Source: a virus (Duplodnaviria; Caudoviricetes). From it: a stretch of 28,582 bases of DNA. The first letter of the stretch is position 1; every line of letters starts with the position of its first letter. Where the stretch lies: IMG/VR virus record IMGVR_UViG_3300025372_000031, positions 1 through 28,582 of that record; one strand, written 5' to 3'. The notes beneath the pieces are model-generated. The model saw nothing but the letters and a program-made list of their open reading frames with translations. It was not told where the DNA came from and did no database searches. The translations under genes were made by a program, and so were the position numbers. Shown here one piece after another: positions 8,703-18,230 of the stretch.

Positions 8703-11700
8703 TGGATATAGTAGATGTAGCATATCTTGGATCGAATGACGAGTATCAATCGTACAGCTCATCAGATTTAGCGTTAATAAACAAAGTTACAATTAATGCA
8801 AATTATGGTGCCGCTAACGACTATATTGAGTACTTTATTAAAGATCAAAGTGGTACTGTATTAAGTGCGAACTACTACGGAACGCAGTATAATATAGGAA
8901 GTGTTGTTAATCCTACTAATGGCCAAACGTCTCAACTATACTTAGATCCTGAAACAGATGCTAGAAATGCAGGGTATGATAGAGGTATTGTAAACGTTAA
9001 GTATAACTTCTTTACAAAACAATTATTATCTGGTCCTGATCCATCTGCAAACTTCTGGATTAAGCAGATTTCTTCAACAAGAACTGAGATTCAAGTCGCA
9101 AGACAAGACCTATCAAATACGGAGTTATCCGATGCATTTAACAACTTCAATAATGCATTAGCGAGCGATGCTTATTATCCTGACTTTTATCTAAACTTCG
9201 GAAACGATGTACAACTTATTGCCATTAATGCAGTATATGTAGAAGACGTCAGTGGTAATGGAACAATCATATTTAAGTTATACGAACCCTTACCAGCCCA
9301 GTTTGATTTAAAGTCGACTTTTTGGGTAGTAACATCAGTTGCAGATCCAGCTGAATATAACGTATCTATAAATGCTATTCCTGAAACCGTATCAGATACC
9401 CAAAGAATTAAAGGTCCTAACTATAAAGTTGCAGTAAAAGATAAAGTAGGACATACAACACCTTATTACAACTACACAAACTTAATATTAACCGCTTTAA
9501 CATCTTCGTATCAACAGGTACAATCAATGATGCAAGAGCAGGGACTTACTATTAATGTTGACTATAGTAGCTTTTATAACTTTGTACACTTCTCTTCTGC
9601 AACAGAAAGATTATACAACTTTGTATATAAGCAACAATTAATTGAATCTGCATCAGCAGGTATTGCGGCTGGACAAACAACTACAGCTGCTTTATTATTA
9701 CAACAGCAGATTAATACCATTATAACAAACTACGATGGATATGAATATTATTTAGCTTTCTCTTCTGCATCAACTGCATGGCCTAAGCAAAATAACATGC
9801 CTCCATACGCTCTTTATTCCGTTACATCTTCTCAAGTAACCAAGTGGTTAGGTAGTACTAATATCGTACCAAACGGTCCTGCTACAATGAGTATGTATTG
9901 GTCGTCTTCTTACTATGACGATCAAAATAAAGACTTGCTATTATATGCTACTCCTTCTTATATTAGAGATGATAGTAGTAATATACCTTATTTGACATTC
10001 TTGAATATGATTGGCCAAATGTTCGATAATATTTGGATTTATTTAAAAGATGTTACTAATCACTATGCTGCTAATAATAGTCCTTTTGTAGGGGTTTCAA
10101 TGGATATTGTAGCCGATGCTTTGAGAAGTATGGGTATTCAACTCTATACAAATACAAGCATATCGGATAACCTTTATTACTCTTTATTAGGTGTAAACCA
10201 AACAGGATCTTCTTTACCTGTTACTTCTAGTTTATACTCTAAGATAGTATACGCAAGTAGTAGTTTTTATCCATTAGCAGGACAACCTTATTTATCTGCT
10301 TCTTTATTATTACCTCCTTTTGGTAATGAGAAAATTAATAGATACGTAACAACTTTTGTAACAGGTTCTCCAAATGTTACTCAAAGTTTCCAAACACTTC
10401 CAAATGATCAATTAACAGGTGAGATTTATAAGCGTATTTATCATAATTTACCTTACTTACTTAAGTCAAGAGGTACTCATAGAGGTCTTCAAGCCTTAGT
10501 TACAGCTTATGGTATCCCTCCAGATGTATTAACTGTAAATGAATATGGCGGTTACAATGTTTATGGAACACCTGGTATCCAAGAAATAGCTACCTCCGGT
10601 ATGATTTTAACTGGTAGCTTTCAACAAATATCAGCTAGTTTACTATCGCCAAACGTAACTTTACAGTACTTTAACAACAACTTAGAGAGAACTTCAATCG
10701 ACGTAGAAGTAGCATTTTCACCCGCAGATTCTATCAACGCTAACATTACTTCTTCAGGCTTAGTAACTTCATCAGTCCAGCCTGGATATTTTAATATTAT
10801 GCAGTATATTGGAGACCCTACTTTACAGTATTCAAGTTCATATACTCCATTAGTTAATTTAAGTAATGCTTATTTTAAAGCTAACTATACAACAGGATAC
10901 GATGTTTGGGATTTCATTAGACTTATAAAATACTATAACAACTCTTTATTTAAGATGTTAAGAGACTTTGTACCTGCTAGAGCAAGTGCAGATACAGGTA
11001 TTGTAATTAAGTCTCACATGCTTGAAAGAAACAAGTATCCAAGACATGAACCTACTTATACAACAAGCTCATACGATGCTATCTATAGAATGGTTCGTGT
11101 AACTGGTTCTAATGGTGGTTCTGTAAGTGGATCGACAGCTTACGTAGCTGGTATACCTATTCAGTATAACGGTGCTACTTCTATGGCCTTTACGCAGTCT
11201 TTAGGAACAGTGTTTGTGAGCTCTTCTAATAATGTTCAACAATATACTGGTGAATTTAGCGGTAGCCACATCAAAGCTGACTATCGTATTTTTCGTCAAC
11301 AATATAACTCAAACTACAACTATCCTTGGACGTCTTCAGTAGCACCATCACAGCATGGCGGACAAAATATTATGTATTTGACTTATTCGCTAAGTCCAGT
11401 ATTTGAAAACGTTTTTGATGCTATACAATCTCAAAGATTTTTACACTTAGATTACAATAGTAGTCAATTAGCGCCTGTAAATTACGGGTTAGTAACCCAG
11501 TCCCTATCCCGAAGTGGTATTATAGGAAACCTATCTCAGAGTTCACAACCTTACTCACAGTATTCCTACGTACAGGATTTTAATTACTACTCAACTCCAT
11601 CCATACTACTAAAGTATAGTGGATCTAGGTTATCAGGTTTGTATTACAATACTTATAGTGTAGGAGATACTTCCTTTAACAGTGAACCAGTAATTAATTG

Positions 11701-13459
11701 GTACAGTGATAAGTTAGGATTTTTTACTCAAATAGAAACTAGCTCTTTTTTACCAGGCCAAGTAAACGCTTCTTTAGCCTACCTAGCCGACGTATCTGGT
11801 GGCCTATTCGAATTAAATCAGAATAACAAAAACTGGATAGATGTTCAAAATATATTTAAAGCTGGTACAACTCTAACCGTTAAGCAGTTCAACAACAAGC
11901 AGTTTACGAATCAAGTATCAACCGATGGTATCAAAACTATCTATAATAGTGGATATAACTACACACCGCAGCTATACTTCTTATCAGGATCAGACACTAA
12001 TGTGTATTTTGAGTATGTAGGAAGCAATTCATCTGCTGGTAGTGGATTTACTGCAATAAACAGCGGTAGTAACGGAACAAATTACTTCATTTCAGGCTCA
12101 GGAGCAAGTCCATGGTACCCAGTAACTCCAGTAGGAAGAACGGGACCTATTTACAACATATTCGACCAAATAACACAAGGAAGTGGATATGTGCCAGGTA
12201 GTAGCACTTCTACTCGCTATCCAACATACACAACACCATCTACTGCACAAGTAATGAGCTTTAATGCGAATTTTGGTGTAAACGTAACTTTTACAGGTGG
12301 AGCTCAACAAGCTATTTACGATTTAAATATTCGCAATAATGGAGTTGTAATAGCTACCCAAGAACAAATTTTTACCTCAACTGCATATACTGCAAGCTCT
12401 GGTGCTACCTACTACGTAGCACAAGGAGTTAGTGGTGTTAATTTAGTATATGTTACGACAATAACAACTGTAACCGGTCCTGTTACAATACAACCTTGTA
12501 ACAAAACTGGTGTTCCTCAAGGATCTAGTTATAGTTCTGGAGCAGGAACTGCTGTGCAGGCTTTGTATAATCTTTATATTAACAGCGTATACCAAGGTCA
12601 AGTTACAGCTTTCCAATCTGAAGCTTTTAGTAATGGTGTTCCAATAGCAACAGACGGTTCTTGGATTGTTAGAATAGTTAATAGTGGTGCAGGAAGCCCA
12701 GCTATTCTGTCAGGAGTTCTAAACTTTAACTTATCTACAACTGCTCAAACCTTCCCTCCTTCCAGTACCATAACCTTTGAATTGACTCAAAGTAGAATAA
12801 GTAACGAAAACTACACAGCCAGTTTAACGACAGGAAACTTAACAGGAATCGTACAAAGTGTAGGGCAGGGTGGATATCCATATGCCACTGCAAGCTTAGA
12901 TACACCTGGAGCTGGTTGGTTTATAGACAGTATATCAAATACCTCAAATGGTAGTAGTACGATAACTTTCGACAGTAACCTTTCTGGATTTTACCAATAT
13001 CAACAGGTACCAGCATTTATATCAGCATCTATCCCATATACAAGTAGCTTGTATTCTGTTTATGGAGACATTAATAGTCCACTTAATCCACAGTATGGTG
13101 ATAAAATTGTAATGAGAGATTATAGTGGAGTAACACAAACTTTAGATATTTTAAGTGCGTCTTTATCTGGTGGTAAATTGCAAGTGCAAGTTGTACCACA
13201 AGTATTAACAAACTGGCAAACAAGTCCAGGCCTAGTATATTTATTTTTAATGTTACGCAGGTACCAAGATGAGCAAAATGTTATTATAACCTATAATAAA
13301 CCTACAGGACAAACCTCTTATGGATTTATTATACCAAATACAATTAATCCAACCGTAACTAGAAATATCAACACTTTACAAGCCGCAGTACAGTCTCAAT
13401 TGCTTTCTAATCAATCTGTACCTAGTACTAACGTAGTAAATGGAGGAACTTTTAGCTAA
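8702..13459 (+). CDS. Large baseplate/tail structural protein (gp7 / P2 gpI-like wedge core with beta-rich extensions)
   Basis: 1585 aa; RIYHNLPYLLKSRGTHRGLQALVTAYG resembles the KGT..GL wedge motif; also LRDFVPARA; C-terminal half is S/T/G-rich beta structure. Confidence 0.6.
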   Translation: MDIVDVAYLGSNDEYQSYSSSDLALINKVTINANYGAANDYIEYFIKDQSGTVLSANYYGTQYNIGSVVNPTNGQTSQLYLDPETDARNAGYDRGIVNVKYNFFTKQLLSGPDPSANFWIKQISSTRTEIQVARQDLSNTELSDAFNNFNNALASDAYYPDFYLNFGNDVQLIAINAVYVEDVSGNGTIIFKLYEPLPAQFDLKSTFWVVTSVADPAEYNVSINAIPETVSDTQRIKGPNYKVAVKDKVGHTTPYYNYTNLILTALTSSYQQVQSMMQEQGLTINVDYSSFYNFVHFSSATERLYNFVYKQQLIESASAGIAAGQTTTAALLLQQQINTIITNYDGYEYYLAFSSASTAWPKQNNMPPYALYSVTSSQVTKWLGSTNIVPNGPATMSMYWSSSYYDDQNKDLLLYATPSYIRDDSSNIPYLTFLNMIGQMFDNIWIYLKDVTNHYAANNSPFVGVSMDIVADALRSMGIQLYTNTSISDNLYYSLLGVNQTGSSLPVTSSLYSKIVYASSSFYPLAGQPYLSASLLLPPFGNEKINRYVTTFVTGSPNVTQSFQTLPNDQLTGEIYKRIYHNLPYLLKSRGTHRGLQALVTAYGIPPDVLTVNEYGGYNVYGTPGIQEIATSGMILTGSFQQISASLLSPNVTLQYFNNNLERTSIDVEVAFSPADSINANITSSGLVTSSVQPGYFNIMQYIGDPTLQYSSSYTPLVNLSNAYFKANYTTGYDVWDFIRLIKYYNNSLFKMLRDFVPARASADTGIVIKSHMLERNKYPRHEPTYTTSSYDAIYRMVRVTGSNGGSVSGSTAYVAGIPIQYNGATSMAFTQSLGTVFVSSSNNVQQYTGEFSGSHIKADYRIFRQQYNSNYNYPWTSSVAPSQHGGQNIMYLTYSLSPVFENVFDAIQSQRFLHLDYNSSQLAPVNYGLVTQSLSRSGIIGNLSQSSQPYSQYSYVQDFNYYSTPSILLKYSGSRLSGLYYNTYSVGDTSFNSEPVINWYSDKLGFFTQIETSSFLPGQVNASLAYLADVSGGLFELNQNNKNWIDVQNIFKAGTTLTVKQFNNKQFTNQVSTDGIKTIYNSGYNYTPQLYFLSGSDTNVYFEYVGSNSSAGSGFTAINSGSNGTNYFISGSGASPWYPVTPVGRTGPIYNIFDQITQGSGYVPGSSTSTRYPTYTTPSTAQVMSFNANFGVNVTFTGGAQQAIYDLNIRNNGVVIATQEQIFTSTAYTASSGATYYVAQGVSGVNLVYVTTITTVTGPVTIQPCNKTGVPQGSSYSSGAGTAVQALYNLYINSVYQGQVTAFQSEAFSNGVPIATDGSWIVRIVNSGAGSPAILSGVLNFNLSTTAQTFPPSSTITFELTQSRISNENYTASLTTGNLTGIVQSVGQGGYPYATASLDTPGAGWFIDSISNTSNGSSTITFDSNLSGFYQYQQVPAFISASIPYTSSLYSVYGDINSPLNPQYGDKIVMRDYSGVTQTLDILSASLSGGKLQVQVVPQVLTNWQTSPGLVYLFLMLRRYQDEQNVIITYNKPTGQTSYGFIIPNTINPTVTRNINTLQAAVQSQLLSNQSVPSTNVVNGGTFS

Positions 13460-13464
13460 ACACA

Positions 13465-13473
13465 ATATTTATA
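13465..13473 (+). promoter_or_regulatory. ATATTTATA late-promoter-like motif
   Basis: Lies in the 34-nt intergenic gap before the ATG at 13494. Confidence 0.65.
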
Positions 13474-13493
13474 AGTAGAAAAACAATTAAAAC

Positions 13494-14159
13494 ATGGCAT
13501 ATTTAAGTAACACATCGGTTGTCGTAGACGCTATCTTGACAAATACTGGTAGACAATTATTGTCGCAAAACGATGGTTCGTTTCAAATTACACAATTCTC
13601 ATTGAGCGATGATGAAGTTGATTACACTCTGTACAACCCAAATCACCCCTCAGGATCAGCATTTTATGGTGAGGCTATTCAAAATATGCCTATCATTCAA
13701 GCGTTTCCTCAATCTCAAGAGATTATGAAGTATAAGTTGATCACTTTACCAAGAGGTACAGCAGCTCTTCCAGTAATCAGTATTGGATACAACTCAATTA
13801 CGCTTGCACAAGGTGCCTCAATTTCAATCACACCACAAACTTTGAATTATTTAGGTGCTACATCTACATTTGAGCAAGATGGATATACAGCTACAATTGG
13901 TGATGTGAGAGTAACTGCTGCATTCAATGGTGTTGGTATTAATACAACAAATGCAACTGCATTAAATGCTACAGGAACAGCTACAGTAGGTACAAACGTA
14001 TCTAAGACTGTTATTGGTACTACAATTAATATTACAGCTACAACTGTAAATACGTTATTTGGTAGCAATACTACACTGTATACTACATTGACTGTAGTAG
14101 GTAACGACTCAGGTGCAAGATTGTTTGTGCCGTTACAAATAACAAAAACTTCAAAATAA
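13494..14159 (+). CDS. Putative tail/baseplate structural protein (tail-collar-fibre N-terminal-like)
   Basis: AILTNTGRQLLSQNDGSFQITQFSLSD resembles the ILT..G...L......IT.FA.GD start of DUF3751-type tail-collar domains; Thr-rich Ig-like C-terminus. Confidence 0.5.
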   Translation: MAYLSNTSVVVDAILTNTGRQLLSQNDGSFQITQFSLSDDEVDYTLYNPNHPSGSAFYGEAIQNMPIIQAFPQSQEIMKYKLITLPRGTAALPVISIGYNSITLAQGASISITPQTLNYLGATSTFEQDGYTATIGDVRVTAAFNGVGINTTNATALNATGTATVGTNVSKTVIGTTINITATTVNTLFGSNTTLYTTLTVVGNDSGARLFVPLQITKTSK

Positions 14160-14172
14160 TAAGTAAAAAGAT

Positions 14173-15264
14173 ATGTCATATACACAACTTGCCTCCTCAG
14201 ATTTTGTAATTAGTTCCGATTCGATTACGGCTCCAGCTTGGAGTAGTAATCAACCTCAGTTGTCTACTTTTTACACAGCATCTGTAACTACAAGCACATC
14301 AATAACTCAAGGTGCGTTTTATTTAAACGTAAATCAACTTCCTTATACTGCTACTGGCTCTGCAGTTCAATTTGCTATTGCCTATGGTGATCAGCAAGGA
14401 TCTGGATCTCAGTGGTATAATAGTTTAGTACCTGGAGTTTCTCCTTCTTTAACTACATACGATCAGTATTCAACTTTAGTATACGGACCTGAAATCTCTG
14501 GATCTCAAGGATTTAACTTTGGCGGTGCAGCATTAAACTCACCAAATATATTTGCCATTAACGTAGATAGAAATAGATACAAGCAGAGCTTATTACCAGG
14601 AACCTTTAACTTAAGTTTAACTGGTCCAACTGGTCAAGTAATTACGATTTGTGATAATAGTAACAACGTTTCTACCGTAACTTATTTAGATTGTGGTAGA
14701 GTATTTAATTTGGTATCTGGTTCATACGGCAACGCAGTAAACATTACACCACTAGGTGGCATAGCTCCTGGTTATACAGTTTCTGGATCTTATGGTTTAT
14801 ACTTACCAGACATCGCTACAATTATATTGAATCCAGGTGCTTTAGCTTTACCGGCAGTCAGCGGTGGTATTGCTTTAACAGTTGATAGAGCAAACTACGG
14901 ATCTGGAAGCTATACCTTAAATGCTTCTGCATCTTATACTTCTACTAACAACACCTTATTATATCAAGCAATTTCTCAAAGTGCAAACTTTCAGTTAAAT
15001 TCTCAAGAAACTATTTCCTCTGATTATGTGTTTGTGAGAGTGCCTAACGCAGCATATAATTACTCTTCCAATCCAACATTTGTAACTGGATCTGGAACAG
15101 GTGCTGTATTATACTCAACAATGATTTACAGTCCACAAACTTACATTACAACAGTAGGATTATATAATAATAATAACCAACTTTTAGCAGTAGCTAAAAT
15201 GTCAACACCGTTAGTAAAGGATTTTACAAAGGAAGCATTAATTAGAGTTAAGTTAGATTGGTAA
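14173..15264 (+). CDS. Putative tail/baseplate structural protein
   Basis: C-terminal YNYSSNPTF...YITTVGLYNNNNQLLAVAKMSTPLVKD resembles the I.E.GL.D....L.A half of tail-collar domains; paralogous to 25527..25904. Confidence 0.6.
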   Translation: MSYTQLASSDFVISSDSITAPAWSSNQPQLSTFYTASVTTSTSITQGAFYLNVNQLPYTATGSAVQFAIAYGDQQGSGSQWYNSLVPGVSPSLTTYDQYSTLVYGPEISGSQGFNFGGAALNSPNIFAINVDRNRYKQSLLPGTFNLSLTGPTGQVITICDNSNNVSTVTYLDCGRVFNLVSGSYGNAVNITPLGGIAPGYTVSGSYGLYLPDIATIILNPGALALPAVSGGIALTVDRANYGSGSYTLNASASYTSTNNTLLYQAISQSANFQLNSQETISSDYVFVRVPNAAYNYSSNPTFVTGSGTGAVLYSTMIYSPQTYITTVGLYNNNNQLLAVAKMSTPLVKDFTKEALIRVKLDW

Positions 15265-15275
15265 TAAAATAAACA

Positions 15276-18188
15276 ATGGGTAGAGCATCAAATAGTCTTA
15301 CAATATCAGATGTCATCGTTACCCCAATCAAACTAAAGTATACTGCTTCTTATAATCAATGTACGATTAATAATTACGGTATAACGGTTTTGACTGGAGT
15401 GAATGGCCCTGTGACCATAACTGGTTCTGTAGCGCAATCAACATTGAACTATAGATCGGTTAGACAGCTCTACTATGCCAATGTTTTAAGTGGTTCGTAT
15501 CTTAATACAACTTCTAGTTTTGATGTTTCTTTACAATCAAGTGCTGCTTCTGGAACTTTAGATTCTGATAATAGATACTTTCCAACTCAATCAGGAGGTC
15601 AAGTAAGAATCGTTTCTATTCCAAGAAGCGTATATGGTCAACAAATTTCAAGACATGGATTTGTAATGACCTCTCCTTCCTATTCAATAGCTGATGATGG
15701 AAACGGTAACCTAATAGATTACCAAAATGGTTCGGTTAACATTGGTAATATTATCTATCCTGAAGGAATGGTAATTATTACTAATTCGGATTATTTAAGC
15801 ATATTTCCATACCCTCCTATAGCTTATGACAACTTCGCAACCTTTTCAACATCAGCTAGTGCAAAAACAGTTAATATTCTAGCTAATGACTATTCAGGAT
15901 CAGGTACTTTCATAACTTCTTCTGTTTCTTTATTTAGTGGAAGCGTTAGTTTATTTACAAATAACTTAGATGGAACAGTTACTTTAAATACAATAGCTCC
16001 TGGAACATATCAGACTTTTTATACAGTTCAGACTAATATAGGAGACGCTTGTCCTTTAACAAGTAATAGTGCTTCTATTAACATAACAGTACAACCTAGT
16101 TGTGGATTTACTGCTGCATTATTAGCAGTTCCACCTACTCCAACACCTACAGCTACACCTACAGTAACACCTACACAGACACCTACTCTAACACAGACTC
16201 CAACTCCAACTCCAACTACTAGCGTAACAGCTACTCCAACCTCAACACCAACTCCAACTCAAACTACAACACCTACACCTACGCCTACAACTAGCGTAAC
16301 AGCTACTCCTACACCTACGCCTACAACTAGCGTAACAGCTACTCCAACTCCTACACCTACTACTAGTGTAACAGCCACTCCAACTCCTACTCAAACTTCA
16401 ACACCAACTCCAACTCACACTCCAACACCAACACAAACTCCAACACAAACTTCAACTCCTACTCCTACACCCACACCTACTACTAGCATAACAGCTACTC
16501 CAACTCCAACACCGACTCAAACTCCAACACAAACTAGCACTCCAACTCCTACTCCTACACCTACAGCAACCCAAGCAGCAGCTGTATTTACAGTGGATAC
16601 CACGACTGGAGCTGGTAGCAATGGTCAGTATGCAACAGCTACATTAGCATGTAGAAATGGTACTGTATCAACTAACAAGTATACAGCACCTGGTACTAGC
16701 ACACCTGTAGTTAATACAACATTCTTCTATAACGAACCAACTTTAAATACAACATACAATGGTGGTTCTAACTACCATTTAGTATACAACGGTACTACTT
16801 ATTGGGCAGTGCAAATTAATGCAATAGGTCAAGCTACAGACGTAGTGAACTGCTCTACAATTCCTACTAATACACCAACTCCTACTCCTACGCCTACAAC
16901 TAGTGTAACAGCTACTCCAACACCTACTCCAACACCTACGCCTACAACTAGCGTAACAGCTACTCCAACACCTACTCCAACATCTACGCCTACAACTAGC
17001 GTAACAGCTACTCCAACACCTACGCCTACAACTAGCGTAACAGCAACATCTACACCTACCCCTACTCCAACACCTACATCTACCCCTACTCCAACACAAA
17101 CTAGCACTCCAACACCAACTCAAACTCCAACACCAACTCCGACTACTAGCGTAACAGCTACTCCAACACCTACACCTACCCGAACTCCAACGCCAACTCC
17201 TACTTTAACACCTACTAACACTCCAACACCAACTCAAGCAGCAATAGCTTACTTAACAGATATTAGTACAGGAGCTGGTGGTAATGGTCAGTATGCAACA
17301 GCTACACTTGCTTGTAGAAACGGTAATGTATTTAGTCCTCCAGGTACTAATAAGTTCTTACCTCCAAATAATGCTTCTGGACCAGTTTTAAACTCTTTTG
17401 TATACAACGAAAGTACTTTAAATACAACATACAATGGTGGTAGTAATTATCACTTAGTATACTTTAATAGTGTTTATTATGCACTTCAGATCGGTGCATT
17501 AGGTCAAATTACAGATATAGTGAACTGTGCTACAATTCCTAGCAATACACCTACACCAACTCAAACTCCAACTCCGACGCAAACTAGCACTCCAACACCA
17601 ACTCCAACCACTAGTGTAACGGCTACACCAACACCTACACCTACTACAACTACTCCTTACATAGCTTATAGTGTATACTTTGGATCAACTCCAGATCAGG
17701 CTTGTAACAGTGGAACATTAACAACCCTATACTGGACTAGCCCAGGAGTTTGGGGTAACGATTTAACATATTGGTCAGTATATGGTGTGACATTGGCACC
17801 TGATGGATACTACTCTCAAGCAGGTCAGTATTACCGCATAAGTGGAGGTTTTATTACAACTCCAAATGTACCATCAACTTGTCCAGCGCCAACTCCAACA
17901 CCTACTCCAACAGCTACAGTAGTATCATACACTTTAGCCAATACTGCACGTACTTTAACAACATTAAGTGGTTGTACTCAGTCTGGAAACACTTCAATTT
18001 ATTTAAATGCTGCAAACTATGCTACATTTGTATCTAATGGAAATAACTTCTCAGCAGGTATGGTAGCTAGAAATTCTGATGGAAGTGTAATAGTAGGACC
18101 TAAGTATGTATTAGCTACGACCTCAAATGCTGATACTTGGACTATCTCATCTAATGGTACTATGAGCTTAAGAGCAGTTCAGTGTTAA
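15276..18188 (+). CDS. Tail-anchored mucin-like appendage protein: structural N-domain, Ig-like (Big_9-type) domain, four Thr-Pro tracts alternating with four Cys-pair domains
   Basis: N-domain IADDGNGNL...[14 protein letters not shown]; Ig-like PPIAYDN...VNILAND...DGTVT...FYTV...[10 protein letters not shown] (15813-16091); (TP)n tracts; no signal peptide. Confidence 0.75.
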   Translation: MGRASNSLTISDVIVTPIKLKYTASYNQCTINNYGITVLTGVNGPVTITGSVAQSTLNYRSVRQLYYANVLSGSYLNTTSSFDVSLQSSAASGTLDSDNRYFPTQSGGQVRIVSIPRSVYGQQISRHGFVMTSPSYSIADDGNGNLIDYQNGSVNIGNIIYPEGMVIITNSDYLSIFPYPPIAYDNFATFSTSASAKTVNILANDYSGSGTFITSSVSLFSGSVSLFTNNLDGTVTLNTIAPGTYQTFYTVQTNIGDACPLTSNSASINITVQPSCGFTAALLAVPPTPTPTATPTVTPTQTPTLTQTPTPTPTTSVTATPTSTPTPTQTTTPTPTPTTSVTATPTPTPTTSVTATPTPTPTTSVTATPTPTQTSTPTPTHTPTPTQTPTQTSTPTPTPTPTTSITATPTPTPTQTPTQTSTPTPTPTPTATQAAAVFTVDTTTGAGSNGQYATATLACRNGTVSTNKYTAPGTSTPVVNTTFFYNEPTLNTTYNGGSNYHLVYNGTTYWAVQINAIGQATDVVNCSTIPTNTPTPTPTPTTSVTATPTPTPTPTPTTSVTATPTPTPTSTPTTSVTATPTPTPTTSVTATSTPTPTPTPTSTPTPTQTSTPTPTQTPTPTPTTSVTATPTPTPTRTPTPTPTLTPTNTPTPTQAAIAYLTDISTGAGGNGQYATATLACRNGNVFSPPGTNKFLPPNNASGPVLNSFVYNESTLNTTYNGGSNYHLVYFNSVYYALQIGALGQITDIVNCATIPSNTPTPTQTPTPTQTSTPTPTPTTSVTATPTPTPTTTTPYIAYSVYFGSTPDQACNSGTLTTLYWTSPGVWGNDLTYWSVYGVTLAPDGYYSQAGQYYRISGGFITTPNVPSTCPAPTPTPTPTATVVSYTLANTARTLTTLSGCTQSGNTSIYLNAANYATFVSNGNNFSAGMVARNSDGSVIVGPKYVLATTSNADTWTISSNGTMSLRAVQC
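16131..16574 (+). repeat. Coding Thr-Pro low-complexity tract 1, including a perfect 36-nt tandem duplication (16272-16343)
   Basis: cctacacctacgcctacaactagcgtaacagctact x2 ([12 protein letters not shown]), followed by a synonymously diverged third copy. Confidence 0.9.
16575..16865 (+). repeat. Duplicated ~100-aa domain, copy 1
   Basis: [19 protein letters not shown]...[20 protein letters not shown]...DVVNCSTIP, matching 17238-17540. Confidence 0.9.
16866..17237 (+). repeat. Coding Thr-Pro tract 2
   Basis: Five TTSVTAT units embedded in (PT)n. Confidence 0.9.
17238..17540 (+). repeat. Duplicated ~100-aa domain, copy 2
   Basis: [19 protein letters not shown]...[20 protein letters not shown]...DIVNCATIP. 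Confidence 0.9.
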
Positions 18189-18194
18189 AATAAA

Positions 18195-18226
18195 TTTGGA
18201 ATTATAAAATAAAAACGTTACATTAT
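18195..18226 (+). promoter_or_regulatory. Bacteroidota-type housekeeping-sigma promoter-like site (TTTG-N20-TACATTAT)
   Basis: TTTG at 18195-18198, 20-nt spacer, TACATTAT at 18219-18226 (consensus TAnnTTTG); directly before the glycosyltransferase cluster. Confidence 0.5.
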
Positions 18227-18230
18227 AGTT

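Noticed and set aside
1006-15264. Bacterial extracellular contractile injection system or T6SS rather than phage
   Set aside because: The adjacent phage-type primase, YqaJ exonuclease, GIY-YIG and sigma factor, and the absence of host housekeeping genes, favour a phage genome.
16779-17123. Minus-strand Cys/Arg-rich and Val-Gly ORFs (16779..17123, 16829..17107)
   Set aside because: Antisense shadows of the Thr-Pro repeat.
16575-17540. Duplicated domains as a DGR template/variable repeat pair
   Set aside because: Both copies are coding in one ORF, differences include indels and non-adenine changes, and no reverse transcriptase is in the window.
16131-17657. Repeated actagcgtaacagctact units as a CRISPR array
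   Set aside because: Units are in-frame coding repeats with synonymous variation, the intervening sequence is low-complexity (PT)n rather than unique spacers, and there are no cas genes.
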